Program-made: the position numbers and the translations under genes
Source: a virus
Lineage: Duplodnaviria > Caudoviricetes
DNA length: 64,000 nt
Strand: one strand, 5' to 3'
IMG/VR virus record: IMGVR_UViG_3300033068_000963
Coordinates: 1-64,000 of that record
The notes under the pieces: model-generated
What the model was told of the DNA's origin: nothing
The model's input: only the letters and a program-made list of their open reading frames with translations
The model's database searches: none
In this document: positions 47,728 to 56,055 of the stretch, one piece after another
Numbering within the stretch: the first letter of the stretch is position 1
Layout: every line of letters begins with the position of its first letter

Positions 47728-48905
47728 GCGCGCCAACTCAGATCGACCCTGGCCTGCTGGACTTCGCCTCACCCGCCCAGCGCCGGTACTGCGAGGCCAT
47801 CAACCTGCATGGGTCGGCCCGCGCCGCCGCCCGCGCCCTTGGTGTGGCGCCCAACGCGGTGAGCGGGGCCATCGAACGGCTTCGCAGGCACGCCGCTGAT
47901 CGAGGCTACTCCCCAGACCACGACATGACCCGCACCGTTCCCGATGGGTTCAAGGTCCGGGGCGTCTCCACCTACTACGACAGCGAGGGCAAGGCGCGCG
48001 GCCAGTGGGTCAAGAGCGCAGCGGACGATGAGCGCCGGGCGGAAATGCTGCGCGCCGCGGTTGCCGCGATGGCGGAGGATCTGCCCCGCGTCGATCCGAT
48101 CGAGGCCCCGGCCTGGGCCATGGCGTCGCTCGCGAACCTCTACACCATCACCGACTATCACCTCGGAATGTACGCCTGGGCCAAGGAGAGCGGTTCGGCG
48201 TGGGACATCAAGATCGCCGAAAACACCATGCTCTCGGCCTTCACCCACATGGTGACGAGCGCGCCCAAGGCCCGCCTAGGCATCATCAACATCCAGGGCG
48301 ACTTCCTCCACACCGACGGCCCGACGCCCGTGACGCCGATGCACGGCCATGTCCTCGACGCCGCCGGTCGATACTCCGAAATGGTCGCCGCCGCCGTGCG
48401 GGTCCTGCGTCGGGTCATCGACCTGGCCCTGATGCGCCACGAAGCCGTCGAGCTTCTGATCTGCGAGGGCAATCACGATCTGTCGGGCTCGATGTGGCTG
48501 CGGCACATGTTCTCCGCGCTCTACGAGAACGAGCCCCGCCTGGCCGTGAACGACAGCGAGTTGCCGTTCTACGTGATCCAGCACGGCCAAACCATGCTGG
48601 CTTTCCACCACGGCCATCAGGTGAAGAACGAGGCGCTCCCCCTCCTGTTCGCCGCGCAGTTCCCGAAAATCTGGGGCGCGACCTCCAAGCGGTACGGGCA
48701 TTGCGGCCATCGCCACCACACCGACGAAAAAGAGCACGCGGGGATGAAGGTCATCCAGCACCCGACTCTGGCCGCGCGTGACGCCTACGCGGCGCGGGGC
48801 GGCTGGATCGCAGAACGCTCCGCCATCGCCATCACCTACCACGACCGCTTCGGGGCCGTTGGCCGCGTCGAGGTGACGCCGGAAATGCTGGAGGACGCCG
48901 CATGA
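47724..48905 (+). CDS. HTH-fused calcineurin-like metallophosphoesterase
   Basis: DYH, GDFLH, GNHD, HGH and GHRH; N-terminal SARAAARALGV. Confidence 0.85.
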   Translation: MSAPTQIDPGLLDFASPAQRRYCEAINLHGSARAAARALGVAPNAVSGAIERLRRHAADRGYSPDHDMTRTVPDGFKVRGVSTYYDSEGKARGQWVKSAADDERRAEMLRAAVAAMAEDLPRVDPIEAPAWAMASLANLYTITDYHLGMYAWAKESGSAWDIKIAENTMLSAFTHMVTSAPKARLGIINIQGDFLHTDGPTPVTPMHGHVLDAAGRYSEMVAAAVRVLRRVIDLALMRHEAVELLICEGNHDLSGSMWLRHMFSALYENEPRLAVNDSELPFYVIQHGQTMLAFHHGHQVKNEALPLLFAAQFPKIWGATSKRYGHCGHRHHTDEKEHAGMKVIQHPTLAARDAYAARGGWIAERSAIAITYHDRFGAVGRVEVTPEMLEDAA

Positions 48906-49165
48906 CCATCGACGAGTTCAAGAGCCTGATCGGCGACCTCTCCCGGCCCCTGTCGATCATCCTGGCCTCCGCGTCGGGCTCCGTCGCCACCATCGTCATC
49001 GCCTTCAAGGTGACGACGTTCGGGGAGGGCGCGCTGTTCATCGGCGCGGTCTGGACCGGCGTCGTCGGGCTCTACACCGCCAAGGCCTGGGAGGTGTCGC
49101 GCGCCGGGAAGCAGGCGGCGGACGTGGAGATCGCCAAGACCCAAACCCCAGGACCGGCGCAATGA
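48902..49165 (+). CDS. Holin-like protein
   Basis: Two TM segments, directly before the endolysin. Confidence 0.65.
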   Translation: MTIDEFKSLIGDLSRPLSIILASASGSVATIVIAFKVTTFGEGALFIGAVWTGVVGLYTAKAWEVSRAGKQAADVEIAKTQTPGPAQ

Positions 49166-49572
49166 CCTTCGCCCTCAGCAAGACCTCGCTCGCCCGCCTC
49201 GAGGGTGTGGATCCGCGCCTCGTCGCCATCGTCAAACGCGCGATCCAGATTTCGACGGTGGACTTCATGGTCGTGGAGGGCGTCCGCACCCTGGCCCGCC
49301 AAAAGCAACTCTATGCCCAAGGCCGCACCGTCCCAGGCAAGGTCGTAACGTGGACCCTCAAGTCCCGGCACATTGACGGGGAGGCGGTCGACCTGCTTCC
49401 CGCGCCCTACGACTGGAAGGACCCCAAGGGGTTCGATGCCGTGAACCGCGCCATGATGCAGGCGGCGGATGAGCTTGGCGTCGGCCTGCGCTGGGGGGCG
49501 GATTGGGATCGTGACGGCAAGCCCCGCGAGAAGGGCGAAGGCGACTCTCCGCATTGGGAGCTTGCGGCATGA
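49162..49572 (+). CDS. M15 (L-Ala-D-Glu) peptidase endolysin
   Basis: EGVRT..RQ..LYAQGR, SRH..G.AVD, RWG.DW and D.PHWEL. Confidence 0.92.
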   Translation: MTFALSKTSLARLEGVDPRLVAIVKRAIQISTVDFMVVEGVRTLARQKQLYAQGRTVPGKVVTWTLKSRHIDGEAVDLLPAPYDWKDPKGFDAVNRAMMQAADELGVGLRWGADWDRDGKPREKGEGDSPHWELAA

Positions 49573-49967
49573 TGATCGCCCTCAAGTTCTGGCGTGAAAT
49601 CCTGATCGCCGCCCTCGTCGCCTCCCTCGCCCTGGCCGGCGCTTTCATCAAGCACCAGGCCGGAAAGATCGGAGACCAGCGCGACGCCCTCACAACCGCC
49701 GCAGACGCCCTCAGGACGGCTGCTGACGCGATCCGCGACCGAGACGACGCCTTGAGCCTCAACGCCGCTCAGGAGGCCTCAGACGCCACCCAAACCGCAA
49801 CCTTCTACCGAGGAGCCGCACGCGATGCGTTCAACGCTGGTTATGCCTCTCGCCCTCGCTGTCCTGGCGAGCCCGCTCCTGTCGGGGTGCAGCCTGATCT
49901 CCGGGCGCTCTGGTCCGCAGGCGCCATCCCCGGTTCCGCTGGTCTGCCCGGCAAGCCTCGCGGCTGA
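49569..49967 (+). CDS. Inner-membrane spanin (Rz-like)
   Basis: N-terminal TM and coiled coil. Confidence 0.75.
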   Translation: MMIALKFWREILIAALVASLALAGAFIKHQAGKIGDQRDALTTAADALRTAADAIRDRDDALSLNAAQEASDATQTATFYRGAARDAFNAGYASRPRCPGEPAPVGVQPDLRALWSAGAIPGSAGLPGKPRG

Positions 49968-50136
49968 AATCCCCGCCGAGCCCCTGCCTCCCGAGGGTAT
50001 CGACCCCTCAACCCTCCCGCCCGCTCTGTCGGCGTTCCTGTGGGGCGAGTGGGTTCCGTGGTCCAGGGCCAACGCCCATCGGCTGGGGCAGGCTCAGAGA
50101 TGGTGCATCGGCAAGACGCATCCTCCTGACGGCTAG
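49825..50136 (+). CDS. Outer-membrane spanin lipoprotein (Rz1-like)
   Basis: LLSGC lipobox; Pro-rich; overlaps the i-spanin. Confidence 0.8.
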   Translation: MRSTLVMPLALAVLASPLLSGCSLISGRSGPQAPSPVPLVCPASLAAEIPAEPLPPEGIDPSTLPPALSAFLWGEWVPWSRANAHRLGQAQRWCIGKTHPPDG

Positions 50137-50231
50137 TGAAAGGCAGAGGGACGTTCCGCGTTCCACTGGCTTGCTAATGAAAGGCAGGCCTTCACCACCC
50201 CCAGCGTTGAGCCTTAGCGGCTCCGCTTGAT

Positions 50232-50264
50232 AGGCCCCTCGGTTCACGCCGGGGGGCCTTCTTC
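50232..50264 (+). terminator. Terminator ending the late operon
   Basis: aggcccctcgg..ccggggggcct followed by tcttc. Confidence 0.7.
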
Positions 50265-50517
50265 ATGTCTGGGCCAAGGCGGCGTCCAGCGCCGCGTCGA
50301 ACCCCATCCCGCCCGCGACAGAGCTCAAGACGGTGCAGACGATCTCAGGCGTGTATCCGTATAGGTCCCACGCCTTCTCAATCGCAATGAAGGCGTCCAG
50401 GGCGTCGGGGTTGCGCATGAGCGCGACGTAGGCCTTGAGGTCCGCGTCGGCCGCCCACATCTGAGCCTCCCAGCCGTCGTACTGGGCCTGCATCTTCATC
50501 TCCATGTCGCTGCTCAT
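50263..50517 (-). CDS. Hypothetical protein
   Basis: Coupled leftward operon. Confidence 0.6.
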   Translation of the reverse strand: MSSDMEMKMQAQYDGWEAQMWAADADLKAYVALMRNPDALDAFIAIEKAWDLYGYTPEIVCTVLSSVAGGMGFDAALDAALAQT

Positions 50518-50705
50518 TCCGGCTGTCCCTGTTGCCATTGGCCCTCCGCTCGACACCACGAGTCGGCGCATTCCTGACAGAGGTTCTCGCCGTCCAGATT
50601 GGTGACGCGAGCGCGGTCATCGTGGTTGACGCAGCCCGGCGGCATGACTTCGTGCTCGTCATCCAGAAAGGCGTTCAGGATGGGGATGTGGAGATCGCCG
50701 GTCAT
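50514..50705 (-). CDS. Small Cys/His protein
   Basis: CVNH....LCQEC. Confidence 0.6.
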   Translation of the reverse strand: MTGDLHIPILNAFLDDEHEVMPPGCVNHDDRARVTNLDGENLCQECADSWCRAEGQWQQGQPE

Positions 50706-50977
50706 TTCAGGCCATCCACCATCGCGATTGCGCTGTCCGCCCCGCGCCAAGCTTCGATGCTGTCGGCGTCCTGATCGTCGTCTTCCCAGTTCGAGGGCCG
50801 GGCGTGGTCAACGAGATCGCAGATCACCTCATGCAGAGCGGCGCGCTCCAAGAGGGCGGCTGTCAGCGCCTCCCCGGCCCGCTTGTTGTAGTCGCGGAGA
50901 TCCATTGCGCCCTCGGTTGCCGACCGGCGCCAGAGAGCGATCTTGTCCTGCAACAGGGTGAACTGATCGCGGGTCAA
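50702..50977 (-). CDS. Hypothetical protein
   Basis: Coupled ORF. Confidence 0.55.
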   Translation of the reverse strand: MTRDQFTLLQDKIALWRRSATEGAMDLRDYNKRAGEALTAALLERAALHEVICDLVDHARPSNWEDDDQDADSIEAWRGADSAIAMVDGLK

Positions 50978-51213
50978 AGGTCCGCCTCCAACAGTTCGGC
51001 GCACCGCTCAAGGCAGAAGCGCAGGTCCGGCCCCATCATGCCCGGAAGGTCGGAAAGCTCAGCGGTCTCCGACCAATACCGCGCCATGGACGCCACAGAG
51101 GCGCGAGAGGCGTCGTCGCGCTTGGTTCGGCAATGACCTACGCAATAGCGGCTGTCGGCGCACAGGCGGCGCATTTCGCAGCCGTCACCGGTCTTGAAGG
51201 GTTCGCTGCTCAT
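50974..51213 (-). CDS. Cys-rich hypothetical protein
   Basis: Coupled ORF. Confidence 0.55.
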   Translation of the reverse strand: MSSEPFKTGDGCEMRRLCADSRYCVGHCRTKRDDASRASVASMARYWSETAELSDLPGMMGPDLRFCLERCAELLEADL

Positions 51214-51548
51214 GGGAAGCGGGCTCCAACTTTCTGAAGGTACGCGACGACGGCCTTTGCGCCGTCCCGCGAGGTCCAGTCCATATCCATGCTGTCGCTG
51301 ATAGCGTCAGCGATGTCGTCTTCGAGGTCGCCCCAGTCGACTCCCTCGTAGACCCACGCGTGCTCAGTGATCTTGAGCGACCAGAGCGGACCGCGAAGGC
51401 TCAGCCGGAAGGCGTCGGCCGCCGTGCGGTTTTCCCATTTCAGCGCCTCGTTCGGGTCGCTGGTGAACGTGCCGTGCGCGGCGTTTTCCAGCCATCGGCC
51501 CTCGTCGTTTTCCAGGAACCACCACGTCTTCGGGTCAGTAGTCGTCAC
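51210..51548 (-). CDS. Hypothetical protein
   Basis: FTSDPNEALKW..R..A; ITEHAW. Confidence 0.6.
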   Translation of the reverse strand: MTTTDPKTWWFLENDEGRWLENAAHGTFTSDPNEALKWENRTAADAFRLSLRGPLWSLKITEHAWVYEGVDWGDLEDDIADAISDSMDMDWTSRDGAKAVVAYLQKVGARFP

Positions 51549-51876
51549 GGTCGTCGCTCCCGGCCCATTCCATCTGATGATCGCGGTCGCTCGCCTCCGA
51601 CAGCATGGCTTCCGTGTGGTTCTGAGCGATGGCCTGAAGGATCGCCGCTTCGTCGCGCTGATCGAACGGGCCTCCGACGCCATCGACGGAAAGCAGCTTC
51701 AGGTCCTCGACCTCATCAGGGGCGCCGGGGTCGTAGCCCTCTGGCGGGCCGTAGTTGCCGGTTTCGGGTGAGCCCCAGGCGACGGTGAAGGAGACCTCCA
51801 CCTCGACCTCATCGGCCTCGGGAATGTCCCCGGTGCTGTAGGGCAGGGTGCAGGCGTAGGTGTAGCGGGTCGCCAT
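51535..51876 (-). CDS. Acidic hypothetical protein
   Basis: YGPPE.YDP..PDEVE. Confidence 0.65.
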   Translation of the reverse strand: MATRYTYACTLPYSTGDIPEADEVEVEVSFTVAWGSPETGNYGPPEGYDPGAPDEVEDLKLLSVDGVGGPFDQRDEAAILQAIAQNHTEAMLSEASDRDHQMEWAGSDDRDDY

Positions 51877-52067
51877 CACTCCCACCCCGCGCTCAGGCCG
51901 TGGTGGGGCGTGAAGGTGTACTTCTTGCCGTTGGTGGGGTTCCAGAGGCGGTAGTCGTCGGGACGGTAGTCGCCGGGGGTGGGGATGCACTCGACCACTT
52001 CCAGGGTCAGGAAGCCGACCTTGACGGAAGCGCCGGGGGTCCAGTCTTGCTTGGTGCGGGTGATCAT
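51876..52067 (-). CDS. Small protein; its 5' end is the repeat shared with the window start
   Basis: MITRTKQDWTPGASVKVGFL..Y.FTPHHGL; GGAG RBS. Confidence 0.8.
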   Translation of the reverse strand: MITRTKQDWTPGASVKVGFLTLEVVECIPTPGDYRPDDYRLWNPTNGKKYTFTPHHGLSAGWE

Positions 52068-52069
52068 GG
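51994..52069. repeat. Exact direct repeat, copy 2
   Basis: Identical to 1-76. Confidence 0.97.
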
Positions 52070-52084
52070 GGTGTCTCCGTTGTT

Positions 52085-52142
52085 GATTGAAGATACGAAA
52101 CGTACCCAATCACGTCAACGACTAAATGTACCCAATCACGCT
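52085..52142 (-). promoter_or_regulatory. PL/OL of phage 2
   Basis: TTGACG-17-TATCTT; two copies of GTACCCAATCACG. Confidence 0.75.
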
Positions 52143-52145
52143 TTT

Positions 52146-52481
52146 TTAGCCCGCCGCTTTGGAAAGCCGGATCGCCCGCTCCCGTTCCTCGGGGCTCATT
52201 TCCTGCCACGCCGCCTCCGCAGCATCTCGCCTGGGCGGTCCCTTGCCGGTTGTCAGCCATAGGGCGTTGACGTGGAAAGCCCGCGTGTAGCGTTCGACGT
52301 ACTTCTGCTTCAGCCCCTCGGCCTGGCGAAGGCCCTGCTCGTGGCTCTTATAGGTGTTCTCGTTCCAGCCATGCGCCTGAGCTGCGGAACGGGCGGACGT
52401 GAAGTGCGCCTTCTCCCTTGCCCAGCGCAAGCGCCCGCCAATGGTGTCCAGGTCCGGGGGTTCGATTGAGAACTTAGCCAT
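52146..52481 (-). CDS. Short XRE repressor without peptidase domain
   Basis: IGGRLRWARE..NTYKSHEQG..WL.TGKG. Confidence 0.85.
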   Translation of the reverse strand: MAKFSIEPPDLDTIGGRLRWAREKAHFTSARSAAQAHGWNENTYKSHEQGLRQAEGLKQKYVERYTRAFHVNALWLTTGKGPPRRDAAEAAWQEMSPEERERAIRLSKAAG

Positions 52482-52489
52482 CGGCGCAG

Positions 52490-52555
52490 AATGTACCCGC
52501 CGATTGGGTACAATGGGTGTTGACGTGATTGGGTTCATGACGTACCCAATGGGGT
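52490..52555. promoter_or_regulatory. OR/PR/PRM of phage 2
   Basis: GATTGGGTAC, CGTGATTGGG and GTACCCAAT match OL; TTGACG. Confidence 0.75.
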
Positions 52556-52789
52556 ATGGTTCAGAGCTTCAAAGACATCATCGAAAAGTTCGGCGGCCCG
52601 GCCAACTTCGGTCGTGCGGTCGGCATGTCCCCCGGCGCCGCAAAGCAGGCGGGCCGCCGTGACAGCATCGCCGCTGAGTGGTTTAGCGCCACGGCCCGCG
52701 CTGCTCATGAGCGCGGCTTCGGCGAGATTACGGAAGCCAGATTGGCCGAGTTGGCGGAACAACGCCGGACGGCTCCGAAGGCCGCGTAA
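52556..52789 (+). CDS. cro: Cro-like protein
   Basis: DIIEKFGG..F..AVG....RRDSI; similar to phage 1 Cro. Confidence 0.8.
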   Translation: MVQSFKDIIEKFGGPANFGRAVGMSPGAAKQAGRRDSIAAEWFSATARAAHERGFGEITEARLAELAEQRRTAPKAA

Positions 52790-53054
52790 TGCCCTGCCTC
52801 GCCATCACCTTCGGACAGGCTCCACAAGCCGTACATCGGCGCTTGAGCCAATCCGCCACGATGGCGTCGCGCACCCTGAGCATGGGCCGCTTTGACGGCG
52901 GGTTTTCCAACACCTTGAGCGCCCGCTTGACGCCCTTTCGGCAAGCCTTCGTGGCCTGCTTGTCCACCACTGCACGCAACAAACCACTCACCCACGAAAT
53001 CGCAGGACCGGCCACCATGACCGGTTGCGGCGAACCCTGGGGGAGCGAGTTCAC
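52728..53054 (-). CDS. Possible antisense protein
   Basis: ORF overlapped by the open sense frame 52789-53235; unclear which frame is functional. Confidence 0.35.
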   Translation of the reverse strand: MNSLPQGSPQPVMVAGPAISWVSGLLRAVVDKQATKACRKGVKRALKVLENPPSKRPMLRVRDAIVADWLKRRCTACGACPKVMARQGITRPSEPSGVVPPTRPIWLP

Positions 53055-53231
53055 CGACCGCGTTACGCGAACTACGACTCACAACCTTGGCCGTTGCAAT
53101 CGCCTCGCGGTTGATTTGCTCCCCGGTATGGTGCGGCAGGACGCCACGTCGATCTGGCGCCAAACGCATTTTGGGTGTCCGGGGCTCGACGCTCAACGTG
53201 TGGCTCTCGACACTCATAGCGGGGTGGCGGG

Positions 53232-53906
53232 ATGAGCGTTCGCACCGAGATCATCGGAGACTCGACGCTGTATCTCGGGGACTGCCGGGACATCCTTCCG
53301 ACGCTTGGCAAGGTGGACGCGGTTGTGACCGATCCGCCTTATGGGATCAGCGCCGCCAAGAAGGGGGCGCACTCCTCGATCCGAGACAACGCGTCCTGGG
53401 CGCCTGCGGATTGGGATGATGGTCGACCGCCCGCTCTGATCTTTGATGCCCTTCTGTCCGCTCGCGAGGTGGCCATCTGGGGCGGCAATTATTTCGCCGA
53501 TCTCCTTCCGGCCTCTTCGGCTTGGCTGGCATGGGTGAAGCCGGAGGCAGATACAGGATTCTCGCTCGCGGACATGGAGCTTTGCTGGACCAACCTCGGA
53601 TTTGCAGCTCGGACCAAGAGGCTTCCCCGTCGAGATGGGAATGATCATCCGACGCAGAAACCCGTCGCCGTGATGGCCTGGACGCTCGGTTTTGTGTCGT
53701 CGCAAACTATCCTCGACCCCTTCATGGGCTCGGGAACCACTGGTGTCGCCTGCGCCAATCTTGGCCGCAAGTTCATCGGCATTGAGCGCGAGCCGTCCTA
53801 CTTCGACATCGCCTGCCGCCGCATAGAGGCCGCTTACCGCCAGCCCCGGCTGTTTGACGAGCCGGTGGCTAAGGCCGTCCAGCCGTCCCTTCTGGAGTCG
53901 CTGTAA
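53232..53906 (+). CDS. Beta-class N6-adenine/N4-cytosine DNA methyltransferase
   Basis: TDPPY, HPTQKP and DPFMGSGTTG. Confidence 0.92.
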   Translation: MSVRTEIIGDSTLYLGDCRDILPTLGKVDAVVTDPPYGISAAKKGAHSSIRDNASWAPADWDDGRPPALIFDALLSAREVAIWGGNYFADLLPASSAWLAWVKPEADTGFSLADMELCWTNLGFAARTKRLPRRDGNDHPTQKPVAVMAWTLGFVSSQTILDPFMGSGTTGVACANLGRKFIGIEREPSYFDIACRRIEAAYRQPRLFDEPVAKAVQPSLLESL

Positions 53907-53926
53907 TGCGCTCCCCCCATTCCAAT

Positions 53927-54142
53927 TCACGCACACCCGCGAGCCCCCCCAGGGTGCGCGTGAGGGGAAGGGCTGTTCTCCAGCGGTCCTTCCCCAACCT
54001 CATCCAGCAACGCTCTAGCGCGTTCGCTATGGGCGTCGGCAAGCTTCAACAGCCCGCCGAGCCCGTCTCCGTTCTCCCTCACGAAACACCTCAGCTTGCC
54101 GGCGAGTGTCGCGTGATCCAGTGCGCGTTCGATAGCCTCCAT
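53927..54142 (-). CDS. Small antisense protein, homologous to 13833-14057
   Basis: GAGGA RBS; homology to the phage 1 ORF. Confidence 0.7.
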   Translation of the reverse strand: MEAIERALDHATLAGKLRCFVRENGDGLGGLLKLADAHSERARALLDEVGEGPLENSPSPHAHPGGARGCA

Positions 54143-54171
54143 GTCCGTCCGTCCTCTGTGGAGCCCCCACA

Positions 54172-54639
54172 ATGACAACATGGATGGACGGTTTCGTGCC
54201 CGACGATGGACAACTTATCCGGCGCACCATGGGCGAAACGCTCGCTCAAATGGTCCGCAACCGGTGGCCCCATAATACCGCAAAGCACGTCGCGCGGGCA
54301 TGGGATTTAGACCCCACGACGGCGAAGAACCTGACGAAGGGGCACGCCAGCGAGCGGACCCTGACCAAGGCGATCCGAGCGGAAGGGTTCGAGTTGCTTG
54401 ACGCGCTCGGCCACGCCCTGACCGGCCAAACCCACCACGAGTGGGAAGAACAGAAACTCACCCGCATCATCGAGGAAGCCAACAATGCAGCATCCAACGC
54501 TCAAGAGCGTGTGCGGCGGCTTCATTCACGCCGCGCTCTCCTGGCTGAAGAGGCCGGGACCGTGGGCGAAGCTGACGCTGGGTCACACGCTGACCCTACG
54601 CGGTCTGCGCCGCCTCGCAAAATCCGAAACGCTGGCTGA
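54172..54639 (+). CDS. CII-like HTH regulator
   Basis: TAKHVARAWDL...TAKNL..G; position. Confidence 0.6.
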   Translation: MTTWMDGFVPDDGQLIRRTMGETLAQMVRNRWPHNTAKHVARAWDLDPTTAKNLTKGHASERTLTKAIRAEGFELLDALGHALTGQTHHEWEEQKLTRIIEEANNAASNAQERVRRLHSRRALLAEEAGTVGEADAGSHADPTRSAPPRKIRNAG

Positions 54640-54711
54640 CCTGGGTGAGGCTGATGTCTCGCGCGGACGACGGCTGGCGAACGAAGCAACCGACGAACTG
54701 AGGGACAGAAC

Positions 54712-54897
54712 ATGACCTTCCTCCTCAAAGCCCGCCAATGGTTCACCTCCCACAAGGCTGAACGTATCGCCCAAGCCCGCAGGATCGCCCTGGACGCCTA
54801 TGACGAGGCTGTAAGGCGGAAGGATACCCGCAAGCAGGCTGAACGCTGGCTGGCGGCTTTCAGGGCCACAAATGACGCGCTGCGGGGTGGGCTGTGA
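54712..54897 (+). CDS. Hypothetical protein
   Basis: AV.RKDTR motif; RBS. Confidence 0.6.
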   Translation: MTFLLKARQWFTSHKAERIAQARRIALDAYDEAVRRKDTRKQAERWLAAFRATNDALRGGL

Positions 54898-55385
54898 TGC
54901 CGATGTACTCCTACTTCGATGAAGACGACGCGACCGCGTTTGAGATCACCTCTGAAGAGGTCGAGGCGTGCAGCGACATTCCCCAACTGGTCGAGTGGCA
55001 TGATGGCCTTGAGGAGATGTCGGAAGACCTCCGCGCGCAACTCCAGGCGGCGGCGATCTTCAACCGACACGACGACTCCTGGGTGTTTCGCTGCACTCAA
55101 AAGCTGGGCTGGACAGGGCGTGGCCGAACTCGGGTTCGCAAGCGCCTGAGGGCTCTGGGATACGAGGTAAACCCCCAAGGGAAAGAGCTTCAAAACCTGC
55201 GAACGGAACACGCTCAACTGAAGGCAGAGAGCGCCGTGGCGGTGAAGTTCCTCCGCATCGCCGCGCTACAGATGGTCCCGGCTGAATACAAGGCGATCAC
55301 TCAGGCCGCCCTGGCAGAGGTCGAGGCCGACGCCAAGAAAGCTGAAGACCGGAAAGCCTACTTCGAAGCGAGGAAGGTGGCATGA
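54894..55385 (+). CDS. Hypothetical protein
   Basis: Coupled ORF. Confidence 0.6.
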   Translation: MMPMYSYFDEDDATAFEITSEEVEACSDIPQLVEWHDGLEEMSEDLRAQLQAAAIFNRHDDSWVFRCTQKLGWTGRGRTRVRKRLRALGYEVNPQGKELQNLRTEHAQLKAESAVAVKFLRIAALQMVPAEYKAITQAALAEVEADAKKAEDRKAYFEARKVA

Positions 55386-55741
55386 CCTGTCCCAACTGCG
55401 CCAGCATGGCGGCGGAACTCGCTGAGCTTCGGAGCGCCCTAGGGCTTGCCGAGATGAGCGGAGCGGTTTTCGCCGTGCGCGAGGCTCTTGGCCTGAGCCC
55501 GACAACCGCCCGTCTGGTCCTGAAACTATACAGCGCGGCGGGTCGCCCCGTCGAGAAGAAAGCCCTGGATTCGGTCTTGTCCGAAGGGGTCGGGGGCCAA
55601 TGCCTAAAGGTCCATATCTGGCGCATTCGCCAGTTGGTGGGCGCCGACCTGATCGAGACCGTCCCCGGCTATGGCTACCGGCTTTCCCCGAGCGGGATGG
55701 ACTGGGTTGGCCTGATCATCAGCCCGAAAGTTGCAGCATGA
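55382..55741 (+). CDS. Stand-alone OmpR/PhoB-type winged-helix protein
   Basis: LKVHIWRIRQ....IETVPGYGYRL. Confidence 0.8.
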   Translation: MTCPNCASMAAELAELRSALGLAEMSGAVFAVREALGLSPTTARLVLKLYSAAGRPVEKKALDSVLSEGVGGQCLKVHIWRIRQLVGADLIETVPGYGYRLSPSGMDWVGLIISPKVAA

Positions 55742-56055
55742 CCGACGTTTTCACAACCGGCTGGGGCTGGAACGTCCCGGCGCCCATCGTTCCGCGCCCT
55801 ACCACAACGATGAAGACAATCCTTGCGGAGGTTGCCGCTGATCATGGCTTGCCTCCGTCCGCCATCACCGGAGATCGGCGCTTCATCCACCACGTTCGCG
55901 CCCGCCAGGACTTCATGTGGCGAGCCCGTCAGGTGAAGTGGCTGGACGGCAAGCCACGCTACAGCCTCCCCCAGATCGGCCAATTCGTCGGCGTTGACCA
56001 TTCCACCGTTCTGCATGGGGTCCGCACCCACGAGAAGCGCATGGGGGCCAACTGA
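55738..56055 (+). CDS. DnaA domain IV-like HTH protein
   Basis: I.G.RR....VRARQ.....SLPQIG...G.DHSTVLHG. Confidence 0.85.
   Translation: MTDVFTTGWGWNVPAPIVPRPTTTMKTILAEVAADHGLPPSAITGDRRFIHHVRARQDFMWRARQVKWLDGKPRYSLPQIGQFVGVDHSTVLHGVRTHEKRMGAN

Larger units (their letters stand above)
1..52069. mobile_element. Temperate P22-like podophage genome (phage 1), about 52 kb, apparently complete
   Basis: Full lambdoid order: int/xis, early-left, cI/cro, replication, terminase, portal, scaffold, coat, tail, lysis. Bounded by a 76-bp direct repeat. Whether 50263-51875 belongs to phage 1 or 2 is uncertain. Confidence 0.85.
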
